Part shown: one piece after another, positions 48,204 through 59,311 of the stretch | Layout: each line of letters opens with the position of its first letter | Position numbering within the stretch: position 1 is the first letter of the stretch | Assembly: GCA_964583625.1 (NCBI GenBank) | Contig: CAZOVA010000001.1 | Span: 76,465-140,464 of the forward strand | Length of the DNA: 64,000 nucleotides | DNA from: an uncultured Pseudomonadales bacterium | GTDB lineage: Bacteria > Patescibacteriota > Microgenomatia > UBA1400 > PJMF01 | Direction of reading: 5' to 3' | Notes under the pieces: generated by a model | The model's input: only the letters and a program-made list of their open reading frames with translations | Told to the model about the DNA's origin: nothing | Database searches by the model: none | Made by a program: the position numbers and the translations under genes

Positions 48204-49631
48204 TTAAAAAGATGCTGTTACTGTATAAGTGACACTGGTATTATATTTTCCAGGAATATTTGTATTGGAAGAATTAATTTTATAACAAAGATTAACAATG
48301 TCGCCATTGGTAGAACGAAGGTTATTAATAATTTGCAAAGTAGTTTCTCCGTCAGCTTTGTCAGCAAAACTGCTCCAACCGCTAGCTCCGCCAGCAGCAT
48401 TAACACCATTGTAAGTAAAATTGGGAGTAACATTAGGAATATTACCGTTCAAGTATTTATCTCCATCTACCACTTCCATAGAGAAACCAAAGTTTCCTGT
48501 AGTCGCTGGGGCGGTCCAGGCTGTCGCAGTTCCTGGAGTACCAAAATTAGGAATACAAATATCATTACCTAAACCATTTCCTGGGCAACCATCACCATCC
48601 AAACTCATCTGGTCACTGCCAATAGCGGTCACTACATAGCCATTAGCAGCATTAGTAGTGACAGTTAGCTTTTGTGCTGCCTGGGAAAACTGAAGATTGC
48701 TAATCGAACCAAAAGGAACGAGTGATCCCGTAGTGCTAGCAGAAGTGCTAGCTCCACAAGCAGCAACACTATTACCTACACCCTCAATTTTGAAACTTAA
48801 CTGCGGAGCTACTCTGACAACCATTTTGACAGCATTAGCAAAACCGACAGCTGTTGTTTCAGTAAAAACATTTACTCCGGCCCTTTCTTGTTTTAAAGAG
48901 ATCAACATGGAATTAAAGTCACCGACAGTGTCTCCGATTTTAGCCGTCGGATTAATCAAGCCTGTAACGACGAACTCCAATTGCTGATTGGCGGAGGCGG
49001 TCGCCTCAGTGTATTGACAACTAAAAAGATGATTGGGATTGGTTGTCCCGCCTGTTCCCACTGGGGCAGAGGTGGCCGTATAACCAGCTGGGCAAGTGAT
49101 GCTGGCATTGGTATTGAAATCAAAACCATCAATATCTGGTAAACCATCATTAGCAATTGCGGCACTAGCAGTAGCTGCTGGAAAATTAATAGTCAAAATA
49201 TCATTTTGTTGGAGATTGGTAACAGTCGCTTTAATTTTGATAGGACCGCTAGCTCGATGATAAACAGGCGTACCAGCAGCAATATTAGCTGTGGCTAGCA
49301 AACCGTCAAGGGGAATTTCATTATTCTTCAAAAGAGCACTACTAGTAGCTACCTTATAAATAATATTCCCAATTAAGACACTGTCACCATTAATTAATTG
49401 TTGACTAGAAACTGAATAGATCCCCTGAGCTTCATTAGCCACTGTTTCTATCAAAGCTAAGGAAGTATAGGCAACATTACCGCTAGCTAGTTTTCCTCTA
49501 AATGAAAGTCTAGAATTACTTGGAAAAATTTCTACTTGGTTTTGAGCAGCCGCTCTTTCGGGAATAAATAAGATAAGAGAGATAAGAATAAATACGGTCA
49601 ATTTAATCGAAAAATTCTTAAATAATTTCAT
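48204..49631 (-). CDS. Secreted beta-rich surface protein with WxL/fimbrial-like C-terminal domain
   Basis: Signal peptide, T/A/N/G-rich, V.PQLSF.I, LTVTTNAANGY.V, C-terminal PGKYNTSVTYTVTASF. Confidence 0.6.
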   Translation of the reverse strand: MKLFKNFSIKLTVFILISLILFIPERAAAQNQVEIFPSNSRLSFRGKLASGNVAYTSLALIETVANEAQGIYSVSSQQLINGDSVLIGNIIYKVATSSALLKNNEIPLDGLLATANIAAGTPVYHRASGPIKIKATVTNLQQNDILTINFPAATASAAIANDGLPDIDGFDFNTNASITCPAGYTATSAPVGTGGTTNPNHLFSCQYTEATASANQQLEFVVTGLINPTAKIGDTVGDFNSMLISLKQERAGVNVFTETTAVGFANAVKMVVRVAPQLSFKIEGVGNSVAACGASTSASTTGSLVPFGSISNLQFSQAAQKLTVTTNAANGYVVTAIGSDQMSLDGDGCPGNGLGNDICIPNFGTPGTATAWTAPATTGNFGFSMEVVDGDKYLNGNIPNVTPNFTYNGVNAAGGASGWSSFADKADGETTLQIINNLRSTNGDIVNLCYKINSSNTNIPGKYNTSVTYTVTASF

Positions 49632-49787
49632 AGTATTTACTTACTAAATTTTCTTTTTCCAACACAAAACTACTTTTTCAAAAGTACTCCATTCCATTTT
49701 ATCTCAATTTTTTAAAAAAGGCAAGACCTATTTTATTTTTGGGCTTTTTTAGTAAGAAAAAAATGATTTTTATTTAAAACGGTCAAC

Positions 49788-49818
49788 AAAAACCCCCACT
49801 AATATTTAGTGGGGGTTT
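49788..49818 (-). terminator. tuf terminator
   Basis: AAACCCCCACTAA/TTAGTGGGGGTTT inverted repeat. Confidence 0.85.
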
Positions 49819-49838
49819 AAAATTTATAAATAATTTTT

Positions 49839-51029
49839 TTATTTAATAATTTTGGTGATAGCTCCCGCACCCACGGTGTGACCTCCTTCGCGGATAGCAA
49901 AGCGCAAACCGTCGGCCATCGCCACCGGAGCGATCAGTTTAACGGTAATAGCAGCATTGTCTCCTGGCATAACCATTTCTAAACCATCAGCCAATTTGAT
50001 TTCACCAGTGACATCAGTGGTTCGAATATAAAACTGCGGTCGATAGCCATTGGTGAAGGGTTTGTGGCGTCCACCTTCTTCTTTGGTCAAAATATAAACC
50101 TGCGCTTCAAACTCAGTATGAGCAGTGACACTGTTTGGTTTGGCTAAAACCTGACCACGCTCAACGTCATCTTTTTCAATACCGCGCAAGAGAATACCAA
50201 CATTATCACCAGCTTCACCAGTATCCAAAAGTTTGTGGAACATTTCCACTCCAGTAACGACTGACTTTTTCTTTTCTTTTAGACCAATGATTTCTACTTC
50301 TTCGCCGACTTTAACTACACCAGACTCAATTCTACCAGTAACGACTGTTCCACGGCCAGAGATAGAGAAGACATCCTCAATTGGCATCAAAAAAGGTTTA
50401 TCAAGATCTCTTTTAGGATCGGGGATATATTCGTCGACTGTCTTCATTAATTCCATGATTTTGTCTTGGGCAGCAGCGTCTCCCTCCAAAGCTTTCAAAG
50501 CAGAAACACGGACGATAGGAGTCTTTTCTCCATCATAACCGTATTTTGTTAACAAATCACGCACTTCCATTTCCACCAAATCTAAAAGTTCAGCATCGTC
50601 AACCATATCACATTTGTTCAATGCCACCACAATTTTTGGTACGTTCACTTGTTTAGCCAAAAGAATATGTTCTCTAGTCTGAGGCATGGGACCATCGGTG
50701 GCTGCGACCACTAAGATTGCGCCATCCATTTGAGCGGCGCCAGTGATCATATTTTTAATATAGTCAGCGTGTCCAGGAGCATCGATGTGAGCATAATGAC
50801 GCTTTTCAGTTTCATATTCTAGATGGGAGATATTAATAGTCACTCCTCTTTTAGCTTCTTCTGGAGCATTATCAATATCCAAATAACCCATAGCCTTGTT
50901 GATATCTGTGGGTAATTTTGCTGCTAAAGTGGTAGTAATTGCTGCCGATAGGGTGGTTTTTCCATGATCGACGTGACCAATAGTACCAACATTCACATGA
51001 GTTTTTTTGCGTTCATATTTCTCCGCCAT
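49839..51029 (-). CDS. tuf: Elongation factor Tu
   Basis: [40 protein letters not shown]. Confidence 0.99.
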   Translation of the reverse strand: MAEKYERKKTHVNVGTIGHVDHGKTTLSAAITTTLAAKLPTDINKAMGYLDIDNAPEEAKRGVTINISHLEYETEKRHYAHIDAPGHADYIKNMITGAAQMDGAILVVAATDGPMPQTREHILLAKQVNVPKIVVALNKCDMVDDAELLDLVEMEVRDLLTKYGYDGEKTPIVRVSALKALEGDAAAQDKIMELMKTVDEYIPDPKRDLDKPFLMPIEDVFSISGRGTVVTGRIESGVVKVGEEVEIIGLKEKKKSVVTGVEMFHKLLDTGEAGDNVGILLRGIEKDDVERGQVLAKPNSVTAHTEFEAQVYILTKEEGGRHKPFTNGYRPQFYIRTTDVTGEIKLADGLEMVMPGDNAAITVKLIAPVAMADGLRFAIREGGHTVGAGAITKIIK

Positions 51030-51146
51030 AAAAACCTTTCTTTATTATTATTGTTTTCTAATTATTAATTTTTATTACTTCAATTTTAAAATCCGAACTT
51101 GTCGATTATAACATAATTTAAGGGCTATTTTCATTTTTTCACCATT

Positions 51147-53303
51147 TTAATCATCAGCCCGTCCACGACTACGCCAATCACCTCTCTCTTCAACAATTTT
51201 TTGCGTCATGGCCTGAGGAACCTCATCATAATGAGAGGGGAGCATTACGCTAGTGGCTCGTCCTTGAGTTAAGCCACGCAAAGTGGTGACATAACCCTGC
51301 ATTTGCGAGAGGGGGACCAAAGCTCGAATAATGGTGACGGGACCTCTGCTTGTACTACCTTGGATTTGGGCTCGTCTTCCACCCAAATCACCAATTACAT
51401 CACCCATAAATTCTTCAGGAGTACTAACTTCTAGATTCATAATTGGCTCAATCAAAACCATATCAGCATTTTTTACCGCTTCCCTCATTCCTAGCGATCC
51501 AGCCATTTTAAAAGCCAATTCGCTTGAGTCAACATCATGGTAGGAACCGTCGTACAAAGTGACTTTGATATCTGTCATAGGATAGCCAGCTAAAAAGCCA
51601 CGACTGAGAGCTTCTTGCACTCCTTTGTTGGTCGGTTCGATAAACTCTCTTGGAACTCGACCCCCAGTAATTTCATTGACAAACTCATAACCAGTGCCTC
51701 GATCTTTAGGTTCAATTTTCAAGAGGACATGACCATACTGACCGTGACCACCAGTTTGTTTGATATATTTTCCTTCTCCCTTAGACTCTTGACGAATAGT
51801 TTCTCGATAAGCTACTTGAGGGCTACCGACATTACAGTCTACTTTAAACTCTCTTTTCATTCTATCAACCAAAACATCCAAATGGAGTTCTCCCATTCCT
51901 CCGATGACTGTCTGTCCCGTTTCTTTGTTAATTTCAATAGAGAAGGTGGGATCTTCTTCAGAAAGTTTGGCCAAAGCTAAACCCATTTTTTCTTGATCAG
52001 ATTTAGTCTTTGGTTCGATCGCTAAAGAAATAACTGGTTCGGCAAAGGTAATTCCTTCCAGCACAATGGGTTTGTTTTCATCAGCCAAGGTGTCTCCAGT
52101 TTTGGTGGCTTTGAGACCAACGATTGCCACAATTTCTCCAGCTCTTGCCTCATCAATTTCTTCTCTTTGATTGGCATGCATCAAAAGTAATCGTCCCACT
52201 CTTTCCTTTTCTCGGCGGAAGGGATTATAAACATAACTTCCAGCCTTGAGAGTACCAGAATAAATTCTAAAATAAGTCAAACGTCCCACGTGAGGATCGG
52301 TTTGAATTTTAAAAGCCAAACCGCAGAAATTTTCTTCTGGAGTTAATTGGCGCACTTCCTCTTCTTCAGTTTTAGGATTAATCCCTTTGATATGATCAAT
52401 GTCTGCTGGCGCAGGTAAGTATTCCACTACTCCGTCGAGCAACATTTGTACACCGGTATTTTTAAGAGAAGAACCAGCAAAAATCGGTACCAATTTATAA
52501 GCAATAACCGCCTTACGCAAAGCCGCTTTTAATTCATTGACAGCAATTTCTTTGCCTTCTAGATATTTTTCCATCAAATCATCATCGGTTTCTGCAATTG
52601 CCTCTACCAAACCCAAACGGACCTCTTCTAATTTATCTTTTAGTTCAGCGGGGATCTCAATTTCTTCTGGTTCGTCTTCAGCTTTTTGATCAAAAGCCCA
52701 AGCCTTCCTTTCCAAAATTTGAATTATTCCGCGAAAATCATTTTCCGCGCCAATAGGCAAGACCATAATTGCTGGCTTAACGCCAAATTTATTTTTAATG
52801 TCATCAATAGTTGCAAAAAAATCTGCTCCCAACTTATCCATCTTATTAATGAAGCAAACTCTAGGCACATTATATTTATCGGCTTGACGCCAGACTGTTT
52901 CCGATTGTGACTGAACGCCTTCGGAAGCGTCCAAAACGGTAATGCCTCCATCCAAGACTCGCAGAGATCTTTCTACCTCAGCTGTGAAGTCGACGTGGCC
53001 AGGAGTATCAATAATATTAAAACGGTATTTTTCTTTGGGTAGGTTACTTTCAAAATGAGGGGTCCAAAAAGTGGTGGTCGCCGCCGAAACAATAGTGATC
53101 CCTCTTTCTTGTTCCTGAGCCATCCAATCCATAGTGGCCGTTCCCTCATGAGTTTCACCAATTTTATAAGTCCGACCAGTGTAAAAAAGAATTCTCTCAG
53201 TTGTAGTCGTTTTTCCCGCATCAATATGCGCAATTACTCCAATATTACGGATTCTATCTAATGAGACATGATCATTGGTTTTTACGGTTTGTTGTTGAGC
53301 CAT
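51147..53303 (-). CDS. fusA: Elongation factor G
   Basis: [42 protein letters not shown]. Confidence 0.99.
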   Translation of the reverse strand: MAQQQTVKTNDHVSLDRIRNIGVIAHIDAGKTTTTERILFYTGRTYKIGETHEGTATMDWMAQEQERGITIVSAATTTFWTPHFESNLPKEKYRFNIIDTPGHVDFTAEVERSLRVLDGGITVLDASEGVQSQSETVWRQADKYNVPRVCFINKMDKLGADFFATIDDIKNKFGVKPAIMVLPIGAENDFRGIIQILERKAWAFDQKAEDEPEEIEIPAELKDKLEEVRLGLVEAIAETDDDLMEKYLEGKEIAVNELKAALRKAVIAYKLVPIFAGSSLKNTGVQMLLDGVVEYLPAPADIDHIKGINPKTEEEEVRQLTPEENFCGLAFKIQTDPHVGRLTYFRIYSGTLKAGSYVYNPFRREKERVGRLLLMHANQREEIDEARAGEIVAIVGLKATKTGDTLADENKPIVLEGITFAEPVISLAIEPKTKSDQEKMGLALAKLSEEDPTFSIEINKETGQTVIGGMGELHLDVLVDRMKREFKVDCNVGSPQVAYRETIRQESKGEGKYIKQTGGHGQYGHVLLKIEPKDRGTGYEFVNEITGGRVPREFIEPTNKGVQEALSRGFLAGYPMTDIKVTLYDGSYHDVDSSELAFKMAGSLGMREAVKNADMVLIEPIMNLEVSTPEEFMGDVIGDLGGRRAQIQGSTSRGPVTIIRALVPLSQMQGYVTTLRGLTQGRATSVMLPSHYDEVPQAMTQKIVEERGDWRSRGRADD

Positions 53304-53337
53304 AACTTAGTTTTTCTGTAATTCTTATTTTTATAAT

Positions 53338-53814
53338 TTACCAACGGAAGTGAGCAAAAGCGCGATTGGCCTCAGCTGCCTTATGAGCGGCTTCTTTTTT
53401 GGCAATTGCTCCGCCTTCATTATTAAGAGCATCTAGCATCTCTGCCGCCAGCTTATCTTCAAATGAAGTAAATTGCTTATTGGGTCTTTTATTAGCTTCT
53501 TGTACCAACCAACGCAAAGCCAAAGAAAAACCTCTTTGACTTTTAACTGGCATAGGAACTTGATAAGCCGCTCCACCAACTCTACGAGAACGGACTTCCA
53601 TTTCTGGAGTTAGGGCGGTCACCACTTCTTCAAAAACTTCGATTGGTTTTTTGCCAGTTTTTTTAACAACTTGGTCCAAGGCTTGGTAAACCAAACCTTC
53701 AGCAATATTTTTTTTGCCATCCACCATCACATAATTGATTAATTTGGCAATTTTAATACTATTAAACTTTTTATCTGGAATGATAGTTCTGAAATTTGTT
53801 TTTTTAGTTCTCAT
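53338..53814 (-). CDS. rpsG: 30S ribosomal protein S7
   Basis: EVRSRRVGGAAYQVP, AEANRAFAHFRW. Confidence 0.98.
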   Translation of the reverse strand: MRTKKTNFRTIIPDKKFNSIKIAKLINYVMVDGKKNIAEGLVYQALDQVVKKTGKKPIEVFEEVVTALTPEMEVRSRRVGGAAYQVPMPVKSQRGFSLALRWLVQEANKRPNKQFTSFEDKLAAEMLDALNNEGGAIAKKEAAHKAAEANRAFAHFRW

Positions 53815-53852
53815 ATTTTTCTTCTCCTTGATGTTTTCAAGAATACTTTAAT

Positions 53853-54266
53853 TTATTTTTTTTGTTTTTTAACTCCATACTTGCTACGGGAAGTCATGCG
53901 TTTTTCTACTCCCGCGCAATCAAATTTCCCTCTGACAATATGATATTTGACACCAGGTAAATCTTTGACTCTACCACCACGCACCAAAACGATGCTGTGT
54001 TCAGAAAGATTATGACCTTCTCCTTGAATATAGGCGGTTACTTCCACTTTATTTGAGAGACGCACTCTAGCTACTTTACGCAAAGCTGAGTTTGGTTTTT
54101 TTGGAGTCATGGTTTTTACCAAAGTACAAACTCCCCGTTTTTGAGGACTAGAAGTGCTCACCATTTTACTGGTGACATTATTATAGCTTTTGCGCAGGGC
54201 AGTTCCTTTGATTCTTTTTGGTTTGTCTGTCCGCCCCTTACGAATTAATTGATTAATTGTTGGCAT
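53853..54266 (-). CDS. rpsL: 30S ribosomal protein S12
   Basis: [26 protein letters not shown]. Confidence 0.99.
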   Translation of the reverse strand: MPTINQLIRKGRTDKPKRIKGTALRKSYNNVTSKMVSTSSPQKRGVCTLVKTMTPKKPNSALRKVARVRLSNKVEVTAYIQGEGHNLSEHSIVLVRGGRVKDLPGVKYHIVRGKFDCAGVEKRMTSRSKYGVKKQKK

Positions 54267-54282
54267 TTTTATAAATCCTCTA

Positions 54283-54552
54283 TTATTTGCTCAATTTTAA
54301 TTTCTTCATTAGTTTTTCTTGCCTCTCTGGACTAACTCTGGCTAAGAAATTTAATAGACGACGTCTTTTGGCCACTTGTTTGAGTAGTCCCAAGCGCGAA
54401 TGATTGTCTTTTTTGTGAGACTTTAAGTGTTGAGTTAATTGTTCAATCGAAGCCGTCAAAAGAGCAATTTGCACTTCTGGAGAGCCAGTATCATGTTCGT
54501 CTTGACGAAACTTCTCAATAATAGAGAGTTTCTCTTCTTTATTTAGAGACAT
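54283..54552 (-). CDS. rpsO: 30S ribosomal protein S15
   Basis: [25 protein letters not shown]. Confidence 0.98.
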   Translation of the reverse strand: MSLNKEEKLSIIEKFRQDEHDTGSPEVQIALLTASIEQLTQHLKSHKKDNHSRLGLLKQVAKRRRLLNFLARVSPERQEKLMKKLKLSK

Positions 54553-54861
54553 GGTATCCTTTCTTTTTCCTGGTTGACAACAGTTTTTTAAAAACCGTCA
54601 TTGTCAACTAGTAACCATATTTTTATTAAATAATATTCACTTTTGCAAGTGAAGAAGGTGAATTATAACACATCTTGAAAGAGCGTCAAGTCCTGAAAAT
54701 AGTAAAGACAATCAATTTTTATTGATAATTTAAATATAATAAGGACAGGAATTTTTATCTTATCTTAATTAAACATTAACTCTTGTAAGAAAAAGAACCC
54801 TTGTGCTATAATTATTTCCAGTTTTTGTCAAGATTTTTTTAAATAAAAACTTTGATTGTTT

Positions 54862-56625
54862 ATGTTTACTAAAAATTTACCTATAAAGGTTCGGTCTTTG
54901 TTCTATGACGGTATTTTTACTCAGTTAACGAAGTTTACTTTTATTTTCCTTATTCTTTGTTTCTTTTTAAGGAGTGATGCTAGGGCGCAAACCACAGTTG
55001 AGCAACAATGGGTGAAAAGTTTTGGCGGAGGCAGTGAAGACCTCTTTCTTTCTTTAGTTACTACTAATGATGGTGGTTATTTAGTCGCCGGGCAAAGCAA
55101 ATCTACTAATGCCGGTTTTACCAATCAAGGAGGATTTGATGCCATCATTGTTAAATACGATAGTGCTGATAATCAAGAGTGGGTAAAGAACTTTGGCGGC
55201 AGCGGTAATGATTATTTTACTTACATTGTTAAGGCCAATGATGGTGGCTATTTAGCTGCCGGAATAAGTAGCTCTACTAATGCCGGTTTTACCAATCAAG
55301 GAGGATTTGATGCCATCATTGTTAAATATGATAGTAATTACGTCCAACAATGGGTGAAAAATTTTGGGGGTGGCAATATTGATGCTTTTAAATTCCTTAA
55401 TGCCACCAATGATGGTGGTTATTTGGCTGTTGGTTATAGTTATTCCACCAATGCTAGTTTTGTTAATAAAGGAAGTTCTGATGCCATCATTATTAAATAC
55501 GACAGCGCTGGTAATCAAGAGTGGGCAAAGAACTTTGGTGGAGGCAGTGATGATTATTTTTTTGCCTCTATTTCTAACTCTGAGAATGGTTATTTGGCTG
55601 TTGGTTATAGTTATTCCACCAATGCCGGCTTCACTAATAAAGGGGGGATTGATGCTGTTTTAGTTAAATACGACAGTGCTGGCAATCAGCAATGGGTGAA
55701 AAATTTTGGGGGAAGTGGTAGTGATGATTTTTACTCTCTGATTAATACCGGTGATGGTGGCTATTTAGCTAGTGGTGATAGCAGTTCCACCAATGCCGGC
55801 TTCACTAATAAAGGGGGGATTGATGCTGTTTTAGTTAAATACGACAGTGCTGGCAATCAGCAATGGGTGAAAAATTTTGGGGGTGGAGGCAGTGATCACT
55901 TTTTTTCTCCTATTAATACCAGCGATGGCGGGTATTTGGTAACTGGCAATAGCGGTTCCACCAATGCTGGCTTCACTAATAAAGGGGGAATTGATACTAT
56001 TTTAGTTAAATACGACAGTGCTGGCAATCAGCAATGGGTGAAAAATTTTGGTGGGGGCAGTGATGACGGCTCTGCTTGCCTCATTGCCAATAGCAGCGGT
56101 GATTATTTGCTGGTTGGTGATAGCCGTTCCACCAATGCCGGATTCACTAATAAAGGAATGAATGACGGCGTTTTAATCAAGTACAAAACCTATCTGCTCT
56201 CGGCCTATCCTCAAGCTCAATTAGATTACCAAGCACCTGACCCTCAACTTCCCTTTAATATCAAAGAACTAAGTCCCAAAGACCAAGAAACCAGTATTAG
56301 TGGTCAATTAATAGCCAATAAAGAAACTAAAACTTATAATTTAAGTTTAGAACTGAAAGATGGTAATACTTTAATTAAAACCTATACTTTAAATAACTTT
56401 CAAGTACCTGCTAATAATACTAAAACCTTTAACTTTACCATTCCCACCATTGATTTTAATCCTTCAGTCTCCAACTTTACCTTTCAAGGTCCACATGTTC
56501 TTAAAATTACCGATACTAGTAATAATCTAACCACTACCCTTAACTGGAATCTTACCTTTTCTTTTCCTGCCTATAATATCTTGCATCAAATCAATGGTGG
56601 GAATTATATTAGGGTGTATAGATAG
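54862..56625 (+). CDS. Secreted 7-bladed beta-propeller repeat protein with Ig-like C-terminal domain
   Basis: Signal peptide, seven 57-aa repeats (QxWVKNFGG...DGGYL..G.S.STNAGFTNKG..DA..VKYDS), beta-rich tail. Confidence 0.8.
   Translation: MFTKNLPIKVRSLFYDGIFTQLTKFTFIFLILCFFLRSDARAQTTVEQQWVKSFGGGSEDLFLSLVTTNDGGYLVAGQSKSTNAGFTNQGGFDAIIVKYDSADNQEWVKNFGGSGNDYFTYIVKANDGGYLAAGISSSTNAGFTNQGGFDAIIVKYDSNYVQQWVKNFGGGNIDAFKFLNATNDGGYLAVGYSYSTNASFVNKGSSDAIIIKYDSAGNQEWAKNFGGGSDDYFFASISNSENGYLAVGYSYSTNAGFTNKGGIDAVLVKYDSAGNQQWVKNFGGSGSDDFYSLINTGDGGYLASGDSSSTNAGFTNKGGIDAVLVKYDSAGNQQWVKNFGGGGSDHFFSPINTSDGGYLVTGNSGSTNAGFTNKGGIDTILVKYDSAGNQQWVKNFGGGSDDGSACLIANSSGDYLLVGDSRSTNAGFTNKGMNDGVLIKYKTYLLSAYPQAQLDYQAPDPQLPFNIKELSPKDQETSISGQLIANKETKTYNLSLELKDGNTLIKTYTLNNFQVPANNTKTFNFTIPTIDFNPSVSNFTFQGPHVLKITDTSNNLTTTLNWNLTFSFPAYNILHQINGGNYIRVYR
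55003..56185 (+). repeat. 7 x 171-bp intragenic tandem repeat
   Basis: Period 171 bp; 55614-55712 and 55785-55883 are identical over 99 bp. Confidence 0.9.
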
Positions 56626-56731
56626 CTTTTGCTTTTTTAGTTTCATATTTTAGCCAAAAAAACAACAGAGCCTATTTCTAGTTAAAACAAAAAAAGTATT
56701 TCTATACTGTTTGAAGAAAAAAGTTTTTAGC

Positions 56732-57205
56732 TTATCGGGCTGGCGATTTTGTTGCCGCCTTGGTGGCCACCTTTGCTTCACTAGAGGCTGACAAAATCGC
56801 CTGAACTAAACCTTCAATAAAATGAACATTGAGTTGTCCTTCGGTAGTAGCTTCAGTCTCCACTTCTATCTCTTTGATAGAAGGGGCAAGGGAAGAAGTA
56901 ATTTGTGCTTTATTCTTTTCTTCTTGCACCGCTTGCCACTGTTGATCCGAGTAAGTTCTGACAGTTAGCATAATTCTTTCCCATTCTGGTCGAAAAACAT
57001 TCAAGAGGAGGAAAATGGCCGTGACCCAGATAAAAAACCAAACAATACACATAATAATCAATTTTTTAACTGGTGATTTTGATTCAGCTTCTTTGGTTAA
57101 GCCATTATTATTATTGCCTGTTTGACTCACGAGAGGAGCCGTGCTTTTTGTTGGTTTTTTTACTTCTTTGGTGGGCAAACGAAACTTAAGCTTATCTTTT
57201 TTCAT
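56732..57205 (-). CDS. Hypothetical single-TM protein
   Basis: Basic N-terminus, one TM, own TGTTATAAT 15 nt upstream. Confidence 0.65.
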   Translation of the reverse strand: MKKDKLKFRLPTKEVKKPTKSTAPLVSQTGNNNNGLTKEAESKSPVKKLIIMCIVWFFIWVTAIFLLLNVFRPEWERIMLTVRTYSDQQWQAVQEEKNKAQITSSLAPSIKEIEVETEATTEGQLNVHFIEGLVQAILSASSEAKVATKAATKSPAR

Positions 57206-57363
57206 AAAAATTATTTACCCATTATAACAATATTTCCTTAGAAAAGAAAAATTTTAATTTATTTAAGCTTAATTCCTCTTGAAAAGAGAAGAATTATATT
57301 TTCATTTTACTCAATAAGACAACTAAAATCAGGCAGACAGCGATTTTTCTTGAAAATTACCTC

Positions 57364-57499
57364 TTGACGATCTATTCAACTATGGTATAATCCCCATTCT
57401 TATTAACAAATTTAGCAAGGCTTCGTCAACTGTTACAAATCTCAACAGATTGTATATAAGGATGGGCGAATATCGGTTGCCAAACCGGAAAAGGAAATC
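57364..57499 (+). promoter_or_regulatory. S10 operon promoter and structured leader
   Basis: TTGACG-16-TATAAT with extended TG (57364-57391); leader hairpins TACAAATCT/AGATTGTA and CGGTT/AACCG before the SD. Confidence 0.6.
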
Positions 57500-57829
57500 A
57501 TGGCTAGTAAAAACGATAAAAAAAGCGCTTACAAAATTCGAGTGCGTCTCAAATCATACGATCATCGGGTGATTGATGAGGCCGCCAATAAAGTTTTGGA
57601 TACTGCTTTGACTACTGGTGCTCAGGTAATCGGCCCAGTTCCTTTGCCCACAGAAAAAAAATGGTTTACGGTTCTAACTTCCCCGCATACAGACAAAGAT
57701 GCGCAGGAGCACTATGTGATTAGAACTCACAAAAGAGTTATTGACATCGTGGAACCAACCAATAAAACTATAGATAATTTAATTCATCTCGAATTACCAT
57801 CTGGAGTTGATATTCAAGTAAAAATGTAA
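57500..57829 (+). CDS. rpsJ: 30S ribosomal protein S10
   Basis: [26 protein letters not shown]. Confidence 0.98.
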   Translation: MASKNDKKSAYKIRVRLKSYDHRVIDEAANKVLDTALTTGAQVIGPVPLPTEKKWFTVLTSPHTDKDAQEHYVIRTHKRVIDIVEPTNKTIDNLIHLELPSGVDIQVKM

Positions 57830-57847
57830 GAGATTTGGAAAAATTTT

Positions 57848-58708
57848 ATGATTCAGACTTTTTTTGCCACTAAAAAATCTATGACCCAAGCTTGGGATAA
57901 GCAAGGACGTCGAGTGGCGATTACCAAATTAATTGTTGAACCAAATCTCGTTGTTGGTGAAAGAATGACTCAAGTAAAAACCGACAAAACTCTGGCTTCT
58001 TCCTGGAAAGAACAGAAAATTTTGGAAATCGGTTATGGACAGAAAAAATTGAAAAATCAAACCAAACCTTTGCGCTCACGCCTCCAAAAACTTAATTTTA
58101 CTACTGGAGTCCGACAAATTGTCGGCGTTCGCGTGGACGGGAATGATACCTTGTCTCCTGGACAAGCTTTACCAGTAGAACAAATCCTCAAAGTAGGCAG
58201 TTTGGTCAAAGTTCGTGGCACGACCAAGGGTCGTGGCTTTGCGGGCGCAGTGAAGCGTTATGGTTTTGCTGGTGGTCCAAAAACTCACGGTCAGTCAGAT
58301 CGTTTGCGAGCAGTGGGATCTATTGGTAATCGTACTACTCCTGGTAGAGTGTGGTTGGGAAAGAGAATGCCAGGTCATTACGGTGATGAAAAACAGACCG
58401 TTAGTGGTTTAGTGATTGCCCACTTTGATCAAGACAAACAGGAACTGTGGGTGACAGGAACTATTCCTGGGGCCTTCAATTCATTGGTACAAATCACTTT
58501 GACTGGTAAAAACAAGAAAAATTTTGCTCTAAATTTATCTTCCTCTCAAAATGAGGAAAAAGCAGAAGAGGAAAAAGGAGAAAAAGAAATAGCAGTTGAA
58601 ACTAAAACAGAGCCAAGTGAAAAAACTAAAACCGAAGTTTCCGCGGAAAGTCAAGATCAGGTAAAAACTGAAGAAAAAAAAGAAACTCAAGAGGAGAAAG
58701 AAGCTTAA
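57848..58708 (+). CDS. rplC: 50S ribosomal protein L3 with long E/K-rich tail
   Basis: TKGRGFAGAVKR, THGQSDRLRAVGSIG, GKRMPGHYG. Confidence 0.97.
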   Translation: MIQTFFATKKSMTQAWDKQGRRVAITKLIVEPNLVVGERMTQVKTDKTLASSWKEQKILEIGYGQKKLKNQTKPLRSRLQKLNFTTGVRQIVGVRVDGNDTLSPGQALPVEQILKVGSLVKVRGTTKGRGFAGAVKRYGFAGGPKTHGQSDRLRAVGSIGNRTTPGRVWLGKRMPGHYGDEKQTVSGLVIAHFDQDKQELWVTGTIPGAFNSLVQITLTGKNKKNFALNLSSSQNEEKAEEEKGEKEIAVETKTEPSEKTKTEVSAESQDQVKTEEKKETQEEKEA

Positions 58709-58711
58709 GTC

Positions 58712-59311
58712 ATGCAAAAAAGTCAAGAATTTGATAAAAAACTTTTCGCTGGTGAGATTAAAGAAGAGCTGATTGCTCAAGCAGCCCAAGTATTCTTAAG
58801 TAATCAGAGACAAGTAACAGCCAAAACCAAAACTCGGAGCGAAGTGCGTTTTACCAAGAAAAAATGGTATCGCCAAAAAGGAACAGGCAATGCTCGTCAC
58901 GGAGCTCGCACACCAGCTATTTTTGTTGGGGGCGGAGTTTCTCATGGACCCAATGGTCAGCAAAATTATCAACGACAGCTTAATAGCAAAATGAAGAAAA
59001 AAGCTCTTTTAAGCGCTTTGGCTTTGCAGGCAGATAAGATTTTTATTGATGATGTTTTTACCAAAGTAGACGGCAAAACTAAGTCAGCAGTCAAGGCTTT
59101 GGCCGACAATTTAAAAAATAATCAACGTTTGCTTTTGGTAGTGGAAGAAAAAACTCCTGATCTTTTGCGTAGTTACAATAATTTGGAACAGGTATTTTTG
59201 GTCACTAGTCGTTATTTAAATCTTATGCATATTCTCAATGCTGACCAAATTATTATTAATCCCAATGGCGCTAAAGCTTTAGCGGCAAGGTTATTAGAGG
59301 AGGGTAAATAA
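58712..59311 (+). CDS. rplD: 50S ribosomal protein L4
   Basis: TKTRSEV, RQKGTGNARHG, GGGVSHGP. Confidence 0.97.
   Translation: MQKSQEFDKKLFAGEIKEELIAQAAQVFLSNQRQVTAKTKTRSEVRFTKKKWYRQKGTGNARHGARTPAIFVGGGVSHGPNGQQNYQRQLNSKMKKKALLSALALQADKIFIDDVFTKVDGKTKSAVKALADNLKNNQRLLLVVEEKTPDLLRSYNNLEQVFLVTSRYLNLMHILNADQIIINPNGAKALAARLLEEGK

Noticed and set aside
55003-56185. Regular repeats with variable intervening segments resembling a CRISPR array
   Set aside because: The period is 171 bp, in frame within a protein-coding gene, and no cas genes are present.
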